From the NCBI GenBank assembly GCA_965223845.1, contig CBDCXR010000004.1:7744001-7808000 (forward strand): 64,000 nucleotides of DNA, in the 5' to 3' direction. The position numbers and the translations under genes were made by a program. Below the pieces are notes generated by a model that was given only the letters and a program-made list of their open reading frames with translations, was not told the DNA's origin and searched no databases. Source of the DNA: Planctomycetota bacterium (lineage in GTDB: Bacteria; Planctomycetota; UBA8108; SXIK01). Positions 39,354-48,342 of the stretch are shown here, one piece after another; within the stretch, counting starts at the first letter, position 1, and each line of letters opens with the position of its first letter.

Positions 39354-40219
39354 TCGTCCGAGCGCGCGAGCGGTACTCGCCCGGAGAGCTCTTCGTGCTC
39401 CGCGTCCCACGGATCGCGGCCGAGGGATTCGTTCGTTCGGTCGCGGATCGATGGGAGCGGGAGGCCGATGTCATGGCGCGTCACCTCGAGGAGGAGCGGC
39501 CGCAGCTCGACTGGTCGCCGCGCGTCGCTCGGGATACGTCGCTCGTCGTCGACGGCCGCGCGAAGACGCGACGCAAGTTCGAGCGCAGCGTGCGCGGCGC
39601 GCGAACGTCGACGACGAGTCCTCGTGGCTGGCGTTCGGGACAAAGCATCCTCGACGAGCCCGATTCCGGACGAGAGCTGAGCGCGCGCGACACCGCGGAG
39701 TCCGAGCGAGGTTTCGAGCTCGCGTCGCCCTCGGCCGCACCCGAGGAACCGGAAGCGGACGGACGGCGTGGATCCCCGCTGGCTTCCGATCTCGCGCCCG
39801 GTCTCGAGCGGATCGGCATTCCGCTGCGCCGTTCGATGGACACGGAGGCGCGCGGCGGGCGGAGATCGAACGACGAGCCCAACCGTCGCGCCGCGGAGAC
39901 GCCGGGAGCGGGCGAACCGGCGGAGCCGGGAGATGCCTCGCGCTCCGCGATGACCGGGCCGACGCGACCCGACCGAGCCGAAGCCGCGCCGAGGCGCGGG
40001 CTGCCCGCGCGCGACGGAGCCGCCGTCCCTCGAGGAGCGGCGATTCCGTCTCCGTTCGCGGACCAGACCTCGGCACGCGATCTCGAGTCGTCTGAAGCGA
40101 CGGGACGATGCTTTCGCCGAGACGATCTCAAGCGACGCGTCGCCGAGGCGACCGACGCGCTCGACGAGCGACTCCGATTCGAGCGCGCGCTCCGAGAGTG
40201 GAAGGAAACCGAGTTTTGA
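39338..40219 (+). CDS. Low-complexity CIS protein with DUF4157/tape-measure-like remnants
   Basis: DRWEREADVMA, GSPL, and C-terminal LDERLRFER resemble eCIS-associated motifs; position within the operon. Confidence 0.5.
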   Translation: MSSRLIVRARERYSPGELFVLRVPRIAAEGFVRSVADRWEREADVMARHLEEERPQLDWSPRVARDTSLVVDGRAKTRRKFERSVRGARTSTTSPRGWRSGQSILDEPDSGRELSARDTAESERGFELASPSAAPEEPEADGRRGSPLASDLAPGLERIGIPLRRSMDTEARGGRRSNDEPNRRAAETPGAGEPAEPGDASRSAMTGPTRPDRAEAAPRRGLPARDGAAVPRGAAIPSPFADQTSARDLESSEATGRCFRRDDLKRRVAEATDALDERLRFERALREWKETEF

Positions 40220-40695
40220 TGTTGCCGGGTGAGATGCCGATGGCGCCAAGCGACCCGCAATCGCGTGACCTCGTGCGCGCGACGATCACGCACCTCGATT
40301 CCCTCGAGAGCCTCGCTGTCGACTGGAACCCGGCGAGCTACCGACTCGAGACCGAAAACCGCTTCGCGTTCGCCGCACCGCTCGGTGCGCGGGCGGCGCC
40401 GCAGTACGCGGCGGGCGGGTCGACGCGCTTTTCGACGAGACTCCTCCTCGACGGAACCGGGCGTTCGGGCTCCGATCCTCTCGCCTCGGCGCGGCGTTTG
40501 TCCGCGTGGGCGAAGCCGGACGCGAGCGGGCTACCGGCGCGGCTCCTTTTCGCGTGGGGGAAGTTCCGGTTCCGCGGCTCGATCGAGTCGCTCAACGAAG
40601 AGTGGGTGCTCTTCGATCGCGAAGGTCAGCCGCGCCGTGGCTGGCTCGACCTCGTCCTCGTCGGTGCGACGTCCTCCGCGCCCTCGCACCCTTGA
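40219..40695 (+). CDS. CIS tube-initiator protein (Afp7-like, no LysM)
   Basis: WNPASYRL, PQYAAGG, LLFAWG..FRGSIESL...LFDREGQPRRG. Confidence 0.82.
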   Translation: MLPGEMPMAPSDPQSRDLVRATITHLDSLESLAVDWNPASYRLETENRFAFAAPLGARAAPQYAAGGSTRFSTRLLLDGTGRSGSDPLASARRLSAWAKPDASGLPARLLFAWGKFRFRGSIESLNEEWVLFDREGQPRRGWLDLVLVGATSSAPSHP

Positions 40696-40719
40696 TCGGA
40701 ATCGACGGCCGAGAAGACG

Positions 40720-41538
40720 ATGCCTCCCGAAGCATTCTCCGAGTGGACGCTCCCGCCAGGGTTTCGGGTCTCGATCGCGACTCCGGACGACAGCGGCGGC
40801 GTTGCCGCTAGCGGCGGCGATCGAGCCGGCGGAATCGGACGACTCTATTTCTTCTCCGGAGTCGACCGCGTCGATCGTCTCGAGTGTGATCTCGTCGGCC
40901 GAGCGGCGAGTCTCGTGCCCGCGCTGGGAGCGGAGATTCGGCTCCGCGTGCCGGGAGCTTCGCGCGCGTTCGTCGGCAACGTCGATTCGGTCGAGAGCGA
41001 TCGCAGCGCCGACGGCAGCCGGACGCGCGTGGTGGCGCTCGCCGCGCTGGAGTCTCGCCGCCGCGAGTTCGGAACGCGGACGTTCGCCTCGGTGACCGAC
41101 AGCGAGGTCGCGGCGGCCGTCGCCGATGCCCTCGGTCTTGCGGCCGATCTCGAGCCGACGTCCGCCGTGCGCGGCCGGGTCGTCATCGAGGGCGATCCGC
41201 TCGTCTACCTGAAGGAGTCGGCGCGCGCGCTCGGATTTCAGTTCGCGGTGGACGGCGGCACGCTGCGCTTTCGCCGCGAGCTCAGAGGGGCCACCCGACG
41301 CACGGTCGACCGGCGCCGCGATGCGATTCTCTCGGAGTCGTGGTCGGTCTCGCGCCGGGGAGCCGCGCGTGGCAAGATAGCGCTCTTCGGCGACCCGACC
41401 TGGACGCCGCTCACGCGGTTCGCGCTGCGGGGATTCGGCCGCGCGCGAGACGGGGTGGTTCGCGCCGAGCGCGTGCTTCACGTGGTCGCCCGCGCTGGGT
41501 ATCGAACGGAGATCGAATTCCGTGGAGGAAACTCGTGA
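40720..41538 (+). CDS. Baseplate hub (phage late control D / Afp8 N-part-like), shortened
   Basis: RTFASVTDSEVAAAVA..LGL, YLKESARALGF..VDGGTLRF, GDP...RVLH...GYRTEI. Confidence 0.75.
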   Translation: MPPEAFSEWTLPPGFRVSIATPDDSGGVAASGGDRAGGIGRLYFFSGVDRVDRLECDLVGRAASLVPALGAEIRLRVPGASRAFVGNVDSVESDRSADGSRTRVVALAALESRRREFGTRTFASVTDSEVAAAVADALGLAADLEPTSAVRGRVVIEGDPLVYLKESARALGFQFAVDGGTLRFRRELRGATRRTVDRRRDAILSESWSVSRRGAARGKIALFGDPTWTPLTRFALRGFGRARDGVVRAERVLHVVARAGYRTEIEFRGGNS

Positions 41539-41756
41539 TCGACGGCTCTCTGGTGCGCGATCGACCGGCGTTCGGCTCGTCGTGCCGTCGAGGGGTTCCC
41601 CGACGCTCGCCGAACCGAGTTGCCTCGCCGCGAACCGATCGGTGGATCGCTCGAGGTCTCTCGTTCGTTCGAACGTCCGGCGTCATCGCCGCACCGGGGT
41701 GGTCGATCGAGCTGTTCGCCTCGCGTACTCACGAATTCGGCCGGAGGCGACCATGA
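41535..41756 (+). CDS. Small translationally coupled ORF (73 aa) at the usual spike-gene position
   Basis: GGAGG-N6-GTG overlapping the hub stop (GTGA); its stop overlaps the gp25 start (ATGA). Confidence 0.45.
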   Translation: MIDGSLVRDRPAFGSSCRRGVPRRSPNRVASPRTDRWIARGLSFVRTSGVIAAPGWSIELFASRTHEFGRRRP

Positions 41757-42142
41757 TCCGACCGGTGGGACGCGACCACCTTCTGCAAGACGCGCGCGGA
41801 CGAGACGACGCGGGCGAGAGCGCAGGCTTCGGGGTCGGTGGGCTCGCCGACGAGGAAACCCTCGAGCGCATCCGTCGCATCCTCGCCATCGTTCCTGGGG
41901 AGCGCCGACTCCTCCCCGAATTCGGTTGCCGCGTGCACGCAGTCGATCCGAAGTCTCCCGGAGCACACGATCTCGCCGCCGGCCTCATCGAGGACGCGCT
42001 GGATCGCTGGGCGCCGGAGCTCGGCTGCGGGGCGGTCGAGATCCTCTCCTGGACGGGGGGGCGACTTTGTTTCTCGCTCGTGAGCGCGCGTGGAGCGGGT
42101 CGAGTCGAAATCGTGCATCGCTTTTCCGGAGCCGCCGGTTAG
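41753..42142 (+). CDS. gp25/GPW baseplate protein (Afp9-like)
   Basis: IRRILAIVPGERRLLPEFGC, IEDALDRWAP; GGAGG RBS. Confidence 0.88.
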   Translation: MIRPVGRDHLLQDARGRDDAGESAGFGVGGLADEETLERIRRILAIVPGERRLLPEFGCRVHAVDPKSPGAHDLAAGLIEDALDRWAPELGCGAVEILSWTGGRLCFSLVSARGAGRVEIVHRFSGAAG

Positions 42143-42318
42143 CAGTCCCTTGAAAGAGTTCTTCGAGTCGAGAACCGATTCCTCGGCGGATCGATGGGCC
42201 GCGGCAAACGCAGGCAATCTCCTTAGGGTTCGAGTTTGGGCGCGGTGAAACCGAGCGTGAAGGTCCAGAGTTCTCGGCCGGACGAGTTTTCAGCGGGCTG
42301 GAGGCCCTAGGGGGAGCG

Positions 42319-44775
42319 ATGACCCAAGGTGGATCGCGCCCGAGCGCGGCGGAGACGAATGAGGACGTCGCGCGGGTGTACGAGTCGCTTCGCGAGAAGA
42401 TGCTGCGCCGTGACCCCGATTGGTCGCAGGTCGCTCCGGACGATCCTCGTCACGTGCTTCTCGAGGTGTTCGCCGAGGAGCTCGCGGATCTCGACGGACG
42501 GCTCCGGTCGGCGCGCGAGAGCCTCGTGCCCCGTCTTCTCGAAGCGCTTGGCGGGGAGCCGCGAGATCCGATTCCCGCGTCGACACTCCTTCGGTTCGTT
42601 TCCGCAGAGGACGGATCGGCAAGAGTTCCGGCGGGGACGGTGGCGCTCGCCCGCCGCCGCGACGGCGAGCCGCGCGTCTCGTTCGAGACGACCGGAGGCG
42701 TATGGGTGAGCCGAGCCGAGGTGCGTCGCGTCGTGACGCAGTGCGTCGAGGACGAGCGCGATTGGACGGTGTACCCGTCGGCCGGCTGGGAGCGACCCGA
42801 CGGAGCGTGGCTCGGACATCGGACGCGGCGAGCCCGGTACGTCTACGTTGGCGATGCGGCGCTCGCATGTCTCAGGCTTCCGTCCGCCGAGCTCGTTCTC
42901 GAATGCCCCGTTCGAGTCGAGGACCGCGCCGAGTTCGTCCGTTCGGAATGGGAGGGCAGGACGCCGCGCGGTTGGCGGCGACTCGCGATCGAGTGGGACG
43001 CTCGAGGTGAGGACGGAGGCGACACCCTGCTCGCGCGCATCCGCGGGCCCGCGCCGGATCTCTCGCTCGAGCCGGTCGACGGACTCCGGAGCTACTGGCT
43101 TCGCTGTGCGCTCCCGAGCACGTTTTCCGGCGAGATCGGCGACTGGCGATGGGCGTCGCTTCGCCTCGGTACGGACGCTCCGGAAGGCTCTGCGCTCGCG
43201 CCGACGCTGCGGTTTCCCCGCTCGGTCGCGAAGCTGCTCTCCGAGGACGAAGACGAGACGCGCGATCACTCGCTCAGTCGGGAGAGCGCCGCTCCGGCGA
43301 GCGCCGCGCCTACCCATCAGCCGACCGTGTGCGTCGGGCTCGATCGAGCCGGTGCGGGGAGTCTCGCGTTCGAGTTCGACGCGCCGCTCGGTCCGACCAC
43401 CGCGGGGACGGACTCCTCGTCGCGACCTCAGTTTCAGTGGGAGTACAGCATCGAGGGCGGATTTCGCGTCCTCTCCGTCGACGACACGACGGAAGGTTTC
43501 ACTCAATCGGGGGCGATCACGTGGAACGCGCCTCCCGACTGGGCCGAGGTCGAGCTCTGCGGAGAGCGACTCTTCTGGATTCGCGGTCGGTGGGTCGATG
43601 GCGCTCGACCGTCTCCGGCTCGACTTCTCGCGATCGTTCCGCATGCCGCTCCGGCCGAACAGCGCCGTACGCTTTCGGGGTGCGTCCGTGAAGTGTCGTT
43701 CGACGAACGCGGACGCGGCCGGCTCACGGATGCGGCTGGCGATGGGACTCCGCTTCGTTTCGAGACGTTCGAGCTCTGCGATGATGAGGGCGTGTGGCGA
43801 ACCTTCTCTCGGCGCCCGGACGACGCCACCGAGAACGCTTCCGCGAGCGGATTTCGACTGCGGCGACTCGTGCGCGGCGGTGGGATCGAGATCGAGCTCG
43901 ATCCTCGTTGGCGCGGGCGGAGGCGGCTTCGCTTCGAGACGCTCGCGTACACGCACGGGGAGAGAGGCTCTGTTCCCGCGGAGAGCGTCGTCGTCATCGA
44001 AGACGAGGGCCGCGGCGTCGACCACGTCGTTCAGCCGCGGGCGGCGTCGGGAGGCCGGGACGTCGAGTCGGCGACGGCGTTTCGTCGTCGTCTCGCCTGG
44101 GAGTGGGGCTCGTCCAGCCGCCTCGTCACCCGCGCCGATTTCGAGCGGGCGCTGCGAGCTCTCGAACCTCGGGTCGCGCGCGTCGAGATCTACGTCGATC
44201 CGCGTTGCGGAAGTCGGGTCGACGCGACCGTCGTGCTCGATGGCGAGACCGAGCCGGGAGCCCTCTCGCCCGCGCGTCTCCGCGAGCTCGAGGTCGAGCT
44301 CACGGAACGGACGCCGCTGGGGACGGCGCTCGTTCTGCACGAGCCGGCGTTCGTCGACGTCGATCTCGTCGTCGGTGCGCCGCTCGGCGGGGCGGCCGAG
44401 AGTCGCGCCGTCGCGGCCCGGGTCGCACGCTTCTTCGACCCGCTCACCGGCGGAACCGACGCGAGTGGTCTCCCGACGGGAGGATGGCTCGGCAGCATCG
44501 ATCTCGCCACTCTCGCCGGCGACGGAAGCCTCCCGATCGGGTCGGTGCGGCTCGAAGCGACCGATCGATCGGCGGTGCTCCCGCGGGAGTGGCGGGAGTC
44601 GGCGTTCGCCCGGGCGCCGGTCGCTTTCCCTCGTCTCGTATCGGTGCGCGAAGAATCAGTCGCGAACGCGCGCGGTTTCGCAGATGAGATGAGCGGGGAC
44701 GCATCGCGAAACGCCGCGGCGGATTCGCCTTCCGTGAACAAGCCCGAGGACGACGTCCTCCCCGGAGACGACTGA
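42319..44775 (+). CDS. Baseplate J-like protein (Afp11-like)
   Basis: PDWSQVAPDDP..VLLEVFA, VPAGT, FET, WEYS..VDDTTEGFTQSG, AASGGRDVES, RLVTRADFE, FFDPLTGG. Confidence 0.88.
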   Translation: MTQGGSRPSAAETNEDVARVYESLREKMLRRDPDWSQVAPDDPRHVLLEVFAEELADLDGRLRSARESLVPRLLEALGGEPRDPIPASTLLRFVSAEDGSARVPAGTVALARRRDGEPRVSFETTGGVWVSRAEVRRVVTQCVEDERDWTVYPSAGWERPDGAWLGHRTRRARYVYVGDAALACLRLPSAELVLECPVRVEDRAEFVRSEWEGRTPRGWRRLAIEWDARGEDGGDTLLARIRGPAPDLSLEPVDGLRSYWLRCALPSTFSGEIGDWRWASLRLGTDAPEGSALAPTLRFPRSVAKLLSEDEDETRDHSLSRESAAPASAAPTHQPTVCVGLDRAGAGSLAFEFDAPLGPTTAGTDSSSRPQFQWEYSIEGGFRVLSVDDTTEGFTQSGAITWNAPPDWAEVELCGERLFWIRGRWVDGARPSPARLLAIVPHAAPAEQRRTLSGCVREVSFDERGRGRLTDAAGDGTPLRFETFELCDDEGVWRTFSRRPDDATENASASGFRLRRLVRGGGIEIELDPRWRGRRRLRFETLAYTHGERGSVPAESVVVIEDEGRGVDHVVQPRAASGGRDVESATAFRRRLAWEWGSSSRLVTRADFERALRALEPRVARVEIYVDPRCGSRVDATVVLDGETEPGALSPARLRELEVELTERTPLGTALVLHEPAFVDVDLVVGAPLGGAAESRAVAARVARFFDPLTGGTDASGLPTGGWLGSIDLATLAGDGSLPIGSVRLEATDRSAVLPREWRESAFARAPVAFPRLVSVREESVANARGFADEMSGDASRNAAADSPSVNKPEDDVLPGDD

Positions 44776-45354
44776 GTGGTCGAGAACGAGTCTGCGTACC
44801 GTCGATCCCTCCGTGCTCGTCTTCCCGCGTTCTACCGCGAGGAGCCGGATCGACTCGAGCCCATCCTCGACACGATCGACCGAGCCCTCGCGGAATCGGA
44901 GCGCGAGATCGCGCGCTCGCTCGCGCCCGGCGACCGCTGGGACCGCGTGGCGGCGGAGGCGATCGGTCGACGAGATCCGCGTTCGGGCGACGGGCTCGCC
45001 GGGACACTCGCCGGCCTTCGAGGGGAAGTTCGGCGTCTCGTTGGAGCGGCGGAGTGCGCGGTGATCGTCGGCTTCGTCGCGGCAGCCGACGGGGCCTTAT
45101 CGGTACGCTTTGTGCGATCGCGACGCGCGGGTGCTATTTTGGTGTTTTCCGAGGACGCGCTGGCCGGGTGGGATCCGGAGCGGCTGCGCGGCTCGGTTCC
45201 GTTAAGCTCGCGGCTCCAGGTCGTCGCCGTGGCGTCCGAAGAAGACTACATCGCTTACCGCCGTGGGGCCGATCGCTACTGTGTTTACGGCGGTTTGAGA
45301 CTTTCGGGGCGAGTTGCCTGGGACTCCGACCGCGCTCGACACCGCGACGACTGA
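44776..45354 (+). CDS. Short P2 gpI/Afp12-like baseplate protein
   Basis: LRARLPAFYRE, GTLAGLR; immediately follows baseplate J. Confidence 0.6.
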   Translation: MVENESAYRRSLRARLPAFYREEPDRLEPILDTIDRALAESEREIARSLAPGDRWDRVAAEAIGRRDPRSGDGLAGTLAGLRGEVRRLVGAAECAVIVGFVAAADGALSVRFVRSRRAGAILVFSEDALAGWDPERLRGSVPLSSRLQVVAVASEEDYIAYRRGADRYCVYGGLRLSGRVAWDSDRARHRDD

Positions 45355-45447
45355 GGCGCGCGAAGACCGCACTGGAGGCCCGGCCAGACCCCGGCGCGAA
45401 ACGCCCCGCCCAAACTCGAGGCCGTTCTGGGATCTAAGATCATCGCC

Positions 45448-46506
45448 ATGTCGACTCCGCACGAAACCATTCCCGTCAGCAGCTCGCTCGTCCGAGCCTC
45501 CGGCGCGAGCGACATCGGGAAGGTGCGGAAGGAGAACCAGGACAGTCTTCTCATCCACGAGCCCGATGATCCGGACATCATCGAGCGTCGCGGCGTGCTC
45601 GTCGTCCTCGCCGACGGCATGGGGGGGCTCTCCGATGGCAAGATCGCGAGCGAGCTCACGGTCGAGACCGTCAAGGACGAGTACTATTCCTATCTCGGGA
45701 ATCCGCGGGCGAGTCTAGAAGCGGCCGTCAAGAAGGCGAACCGCGTCGTCTTCGACAAGTCGAACGAGGGCGGAGAGAACCGGCAGATGGGGTCGACCCT
45801 GACGGCGCTCGTCGCGCTCTCGGGACGCGTCCTCATCGCGCAGATCGGCGACAGCCGCGCCTACCGCTATCGGCGAGGCTCGATCGAGCAGCTCACTCGC
45901 GATCACTCGCTCGTCCGCGAGCTCGTCGATCGCGGTGAGATCGATCTCCATTCGAATCAGTACGCGTTCCATCGCAACATCCTCACGCGCGGACTCGGAT
46001 TGCGTCCCGATCTAGCGGTCGACATCTACGAGCTCCTCGGCGTCGAGCCCGGAGATACCTTCCTCCTCTCGTCGGACGGGCTGCACGAGCTCGTCGAAGT
46101 GGACGAGATGGTTTCGATCATCGAGTCGCGCGGCGAGGATCTCGAGGCCGCCGCGCTCGAGTTCGTCGAGCTCGCGAAGGAGCGCGGCGGGACGGATAAC
46201 ATCACCGTCGCGCTCGTCGCGGTTCCGGACTCGACCGAGTCGGCCGCGGTCGTGCCGGATCCCGACCTCTCCCGGGTTCGCCGATCGAGCTGGATTCTTC
46301 CTGCTTCGATTCTGGGGAGCTTCGTCCTCGGCGTCATTCTCACCTTGACGACGCTCGCGCCCCCCGAGCTCACGCCGGAGGATCGGATGAGCCTTCGGAA
46401 CGAAGCGATCGGGCTTCTCCGCCGAATGCGACCGGGACTCTCCGCCGAGGATCGCGCGCGGATCGAGGAGAGGGTCGAGGAGATCCTCGATCGTCTCGGT
46501 CAGTGA
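45448..46506 (+). CDS. PP2C (Stp1/PrpC) Ser/Thr phosphatase with C-terminal TM helix
   Basis: GKVRKENQD, LADGMGG, GDSRAY, LTRDHS, SDGL, GGTDNIT. Confidence 0.93.
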   Translation: MSTPHETIPVSSSLVRASGASDIGKVRKENQDSLLIHEPDDPDIIERRGVLVVLADGMGGLSDGKIASELTVETVKDEYYSYLGNPRASLEAAVKKANRVVFDKSNEGGENRQMGSTLTALVALSGRVLIAQIGDSRAYRYRRGSIEQLTRDHSLVRELVDRGEIDLHSNQYAFHRNILTRGLGLRPDLAVDIYELLGVEPGDTFLLSSDGLHELVEVDEMVSIIESRGEDLEAAALEFVELAKERGGTDNITVALVAVPDSTESAAVVPDPDLSRVRRSSWILPASILGSFVLGVILTLTTLAPPELTPEDRMSLRNEAIGLLRRMRPGLSAEDRARIEERVEEILDRLGQ

Positions 46507-46623
46507 GCTCGGACTGAGCGACGCGGCTGACCCGCGTCACCCGGGCTCGCCGATTCGGCGCCTCTGCCATCGGACCGAGGGGTCGTGTGCCGACGCGGCG
46601 GTGCGAGCGGACTCGGTCGGTCC

Positions 46624-48060
46624 TTACGGCACCGCGTGAATGTGGATGAGATTCGTGACTTTGGGGCGATCGAACGGAAACCCTCCGACGATCACGATGC
46701 GATCGCCCGACTCGACGAGTCCTTCTCGGAGCGCGATCTGCTCGGAGTGAAGAACGATGTCGGCGAGCGAGCTCGGATCGCCGCCGTAGCGGGAACATTC
46801 GACGCCCCAGACGACGGAGAGGCGCCGGAGGATTCCCTCGTCGTTCCCGAGGACGTGAATCGGTACCGCGGGGCGACCGCCCGAAACGAGCCGCGCGGAC
46901 GCGCCGCTCTTCGTGTAGACGACGACCGCGCGGGCGTTCGTCGAGGCCGCCGCGAGGGACGCTGCGTCGCCGGTCGCTTCGGCTTCGGAAATCCCCGCCC
47001 TCGGCCGCAAATACGGGCGGTCCGGTCGTTGGCGAACGATCTCCGCCTCGGCCTCGCGTAGAATGCGCGCAGCCATCGCCACCGTCTCGACCGGGTACTT
47101 TCCGACGGCGGTCTCGGCCGAGAGCATGATCGCGTCCGTGCCGTCGAAGACGGCGTTGGCGACGTCGGAAGCCTCCGCCCGCGTCGGATACGGCTGCTGG
47201 ATCATCGACTCGAGCATCTGCGTCGCGGTGATCGTCGGAACTCGACCACGTCGCGCCCGCGCGATCATTCGCTTCTGCTCTACGGGGACCTTCTCCGGCG
47301 AGAGCTCGACGCCGAGGTCGCCGCGCGCAACCATGATGCCGTAGCACTCCTCGAGGATTGGACCGAGGTTCTCCACCGCCTCCGGCGTCTCGATCTTGGC
47401 GAAGACCGGAATATTGACGCCGAGTTCGTCGAGCGCGTCCTTGGTGGTTTCGACGTCGGCTGGGCTGCGAACGAACGAGAGCGCGACGAAGTCGACCGGG
47501 GCCGCGGCGCCGATCTCGAGGTCGCGCAGATCCTTCTCCGTGAGTGACGGCAGACTCGCCGTCGGCGTGTCGGGGAGATTCACACCGCGCCGATCGATCA
47601 CCTTTCCGCCGACGTCGACCCGGCAGCGCCAACCGTCCTCTTCCTTGGCGTCCGCGGTGAGACGGATTCGCCCGTCGTCCATCAGCACCCGGTGTCCCGC
47701 GTCGAGCTCCGCGAGCACGGCGGTCGGGGAGATGAAGAGACGACCGGGCCGGCTTTCGTCATCGCCCCCGGAGATCAGCACCGATTCTCCCTCGGAGAGT
47801 AGGACCGCGCCGTTTCGGCACGTCGTGGTGCGGATCTTGACGCCGCGGAGATCCTGTAGGATTCCGATGTGTCGTCCGAACCCGTTCGAGACCTCACGGA
47901 CGAGCTGGCAGTACTGCCGGTGCTCGTCGGGCGAACCGTGGGAGAAATTCACGCGGAAGACGTCGACTCCCTCGCGCACGAGGGCCTCGACCATCGCGCG
48001 CGAATGACTCGCCGGGCCGAGCGTCGCGACGATTTTCGTTCTTCGGTTCGACTCCGTCAT
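46624..48060 (-). CDS. pyk: Pyruvate kinase
   Basis: RRTKIVATLGPAS, RVNFSHG, AKIE, IMVARGDLGVE, ATQMLESM, PTRAEASDVANA. Confidence 0.97.
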   Translation of the reverse strand: MTESNRRTKIVATLGPASHSRAMVEALVREGVDVFRVNFSHGSPDEHRQYCQLVREVSNGFGRHIGILQDLRGVKIRTTTCRNGAVLLSEGESVLISGGDDESRPGRLFISPTAVLAELDAGHRVLMDDGRIRLTADAKEEDGWRCRVDVGGKVIDRRGVNLPDTPTASLPSLTEKDLRDLEIGAAAPVDFVALSFVRSPADVETTKDALDELGVNIPVFAKIETPEAVENLGPILEECYGIMVARGDLGVELSPEKVPVEQKRMIARARRGRVPTITATQMLESMIQQPYPTRAEASDVANAVFDGTDAIMLSAETAVGKYPVETVAMAARILREAEAEIVRQRPDRPYLRPRAGISEAEATGDAASLAAASTNARAVVVYTKSGASARLVSGGRPAVPIHVLGNDEGILRRLSVVWGVECSRYGGDPSSLADIVLHSEQIALREGLVESGDRIVIVGGFPFDRPKVTNLIHIHAVP

Positions 48061-48342
48061 GATGCGACGCCTCCGAGGCTCCGCTGGTTTGGGGGGCGAC
48101 GATCGCCGCGGAACGATCGGCGATAGTAGACCCGAGCGACGCGGAGAATTGAACCCGTCGCCGGTGGTGAACTCGGGCGAGCACGATCGACCGAGTCGCT
48201 CTCGGCCTCGGTGGGGGACGAGATCGAAGAAATCGAGTTGGAAATCGAGAGCGATCGCAGTAGGGAGAGTGGGAGGCGCGAGGCGTAGCGCGTACTCGCC
48301 CGCGGTGGCGGTGTTCACGAACATACGAAAGCGAGAGACGAT

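Noticed and set aside
42143-42318. Intergenic gap within the CIS operon as a riboswitch or ncRNA
   Set aside because: No recognisable consensus by eye; would need an Rfam scan
35924-45354. Prophage or T6SS
   Set aside because: No capsid, terminase, portal, integrase or lysis genes; no TssJLM/ClpV; gene order is eCIS-like
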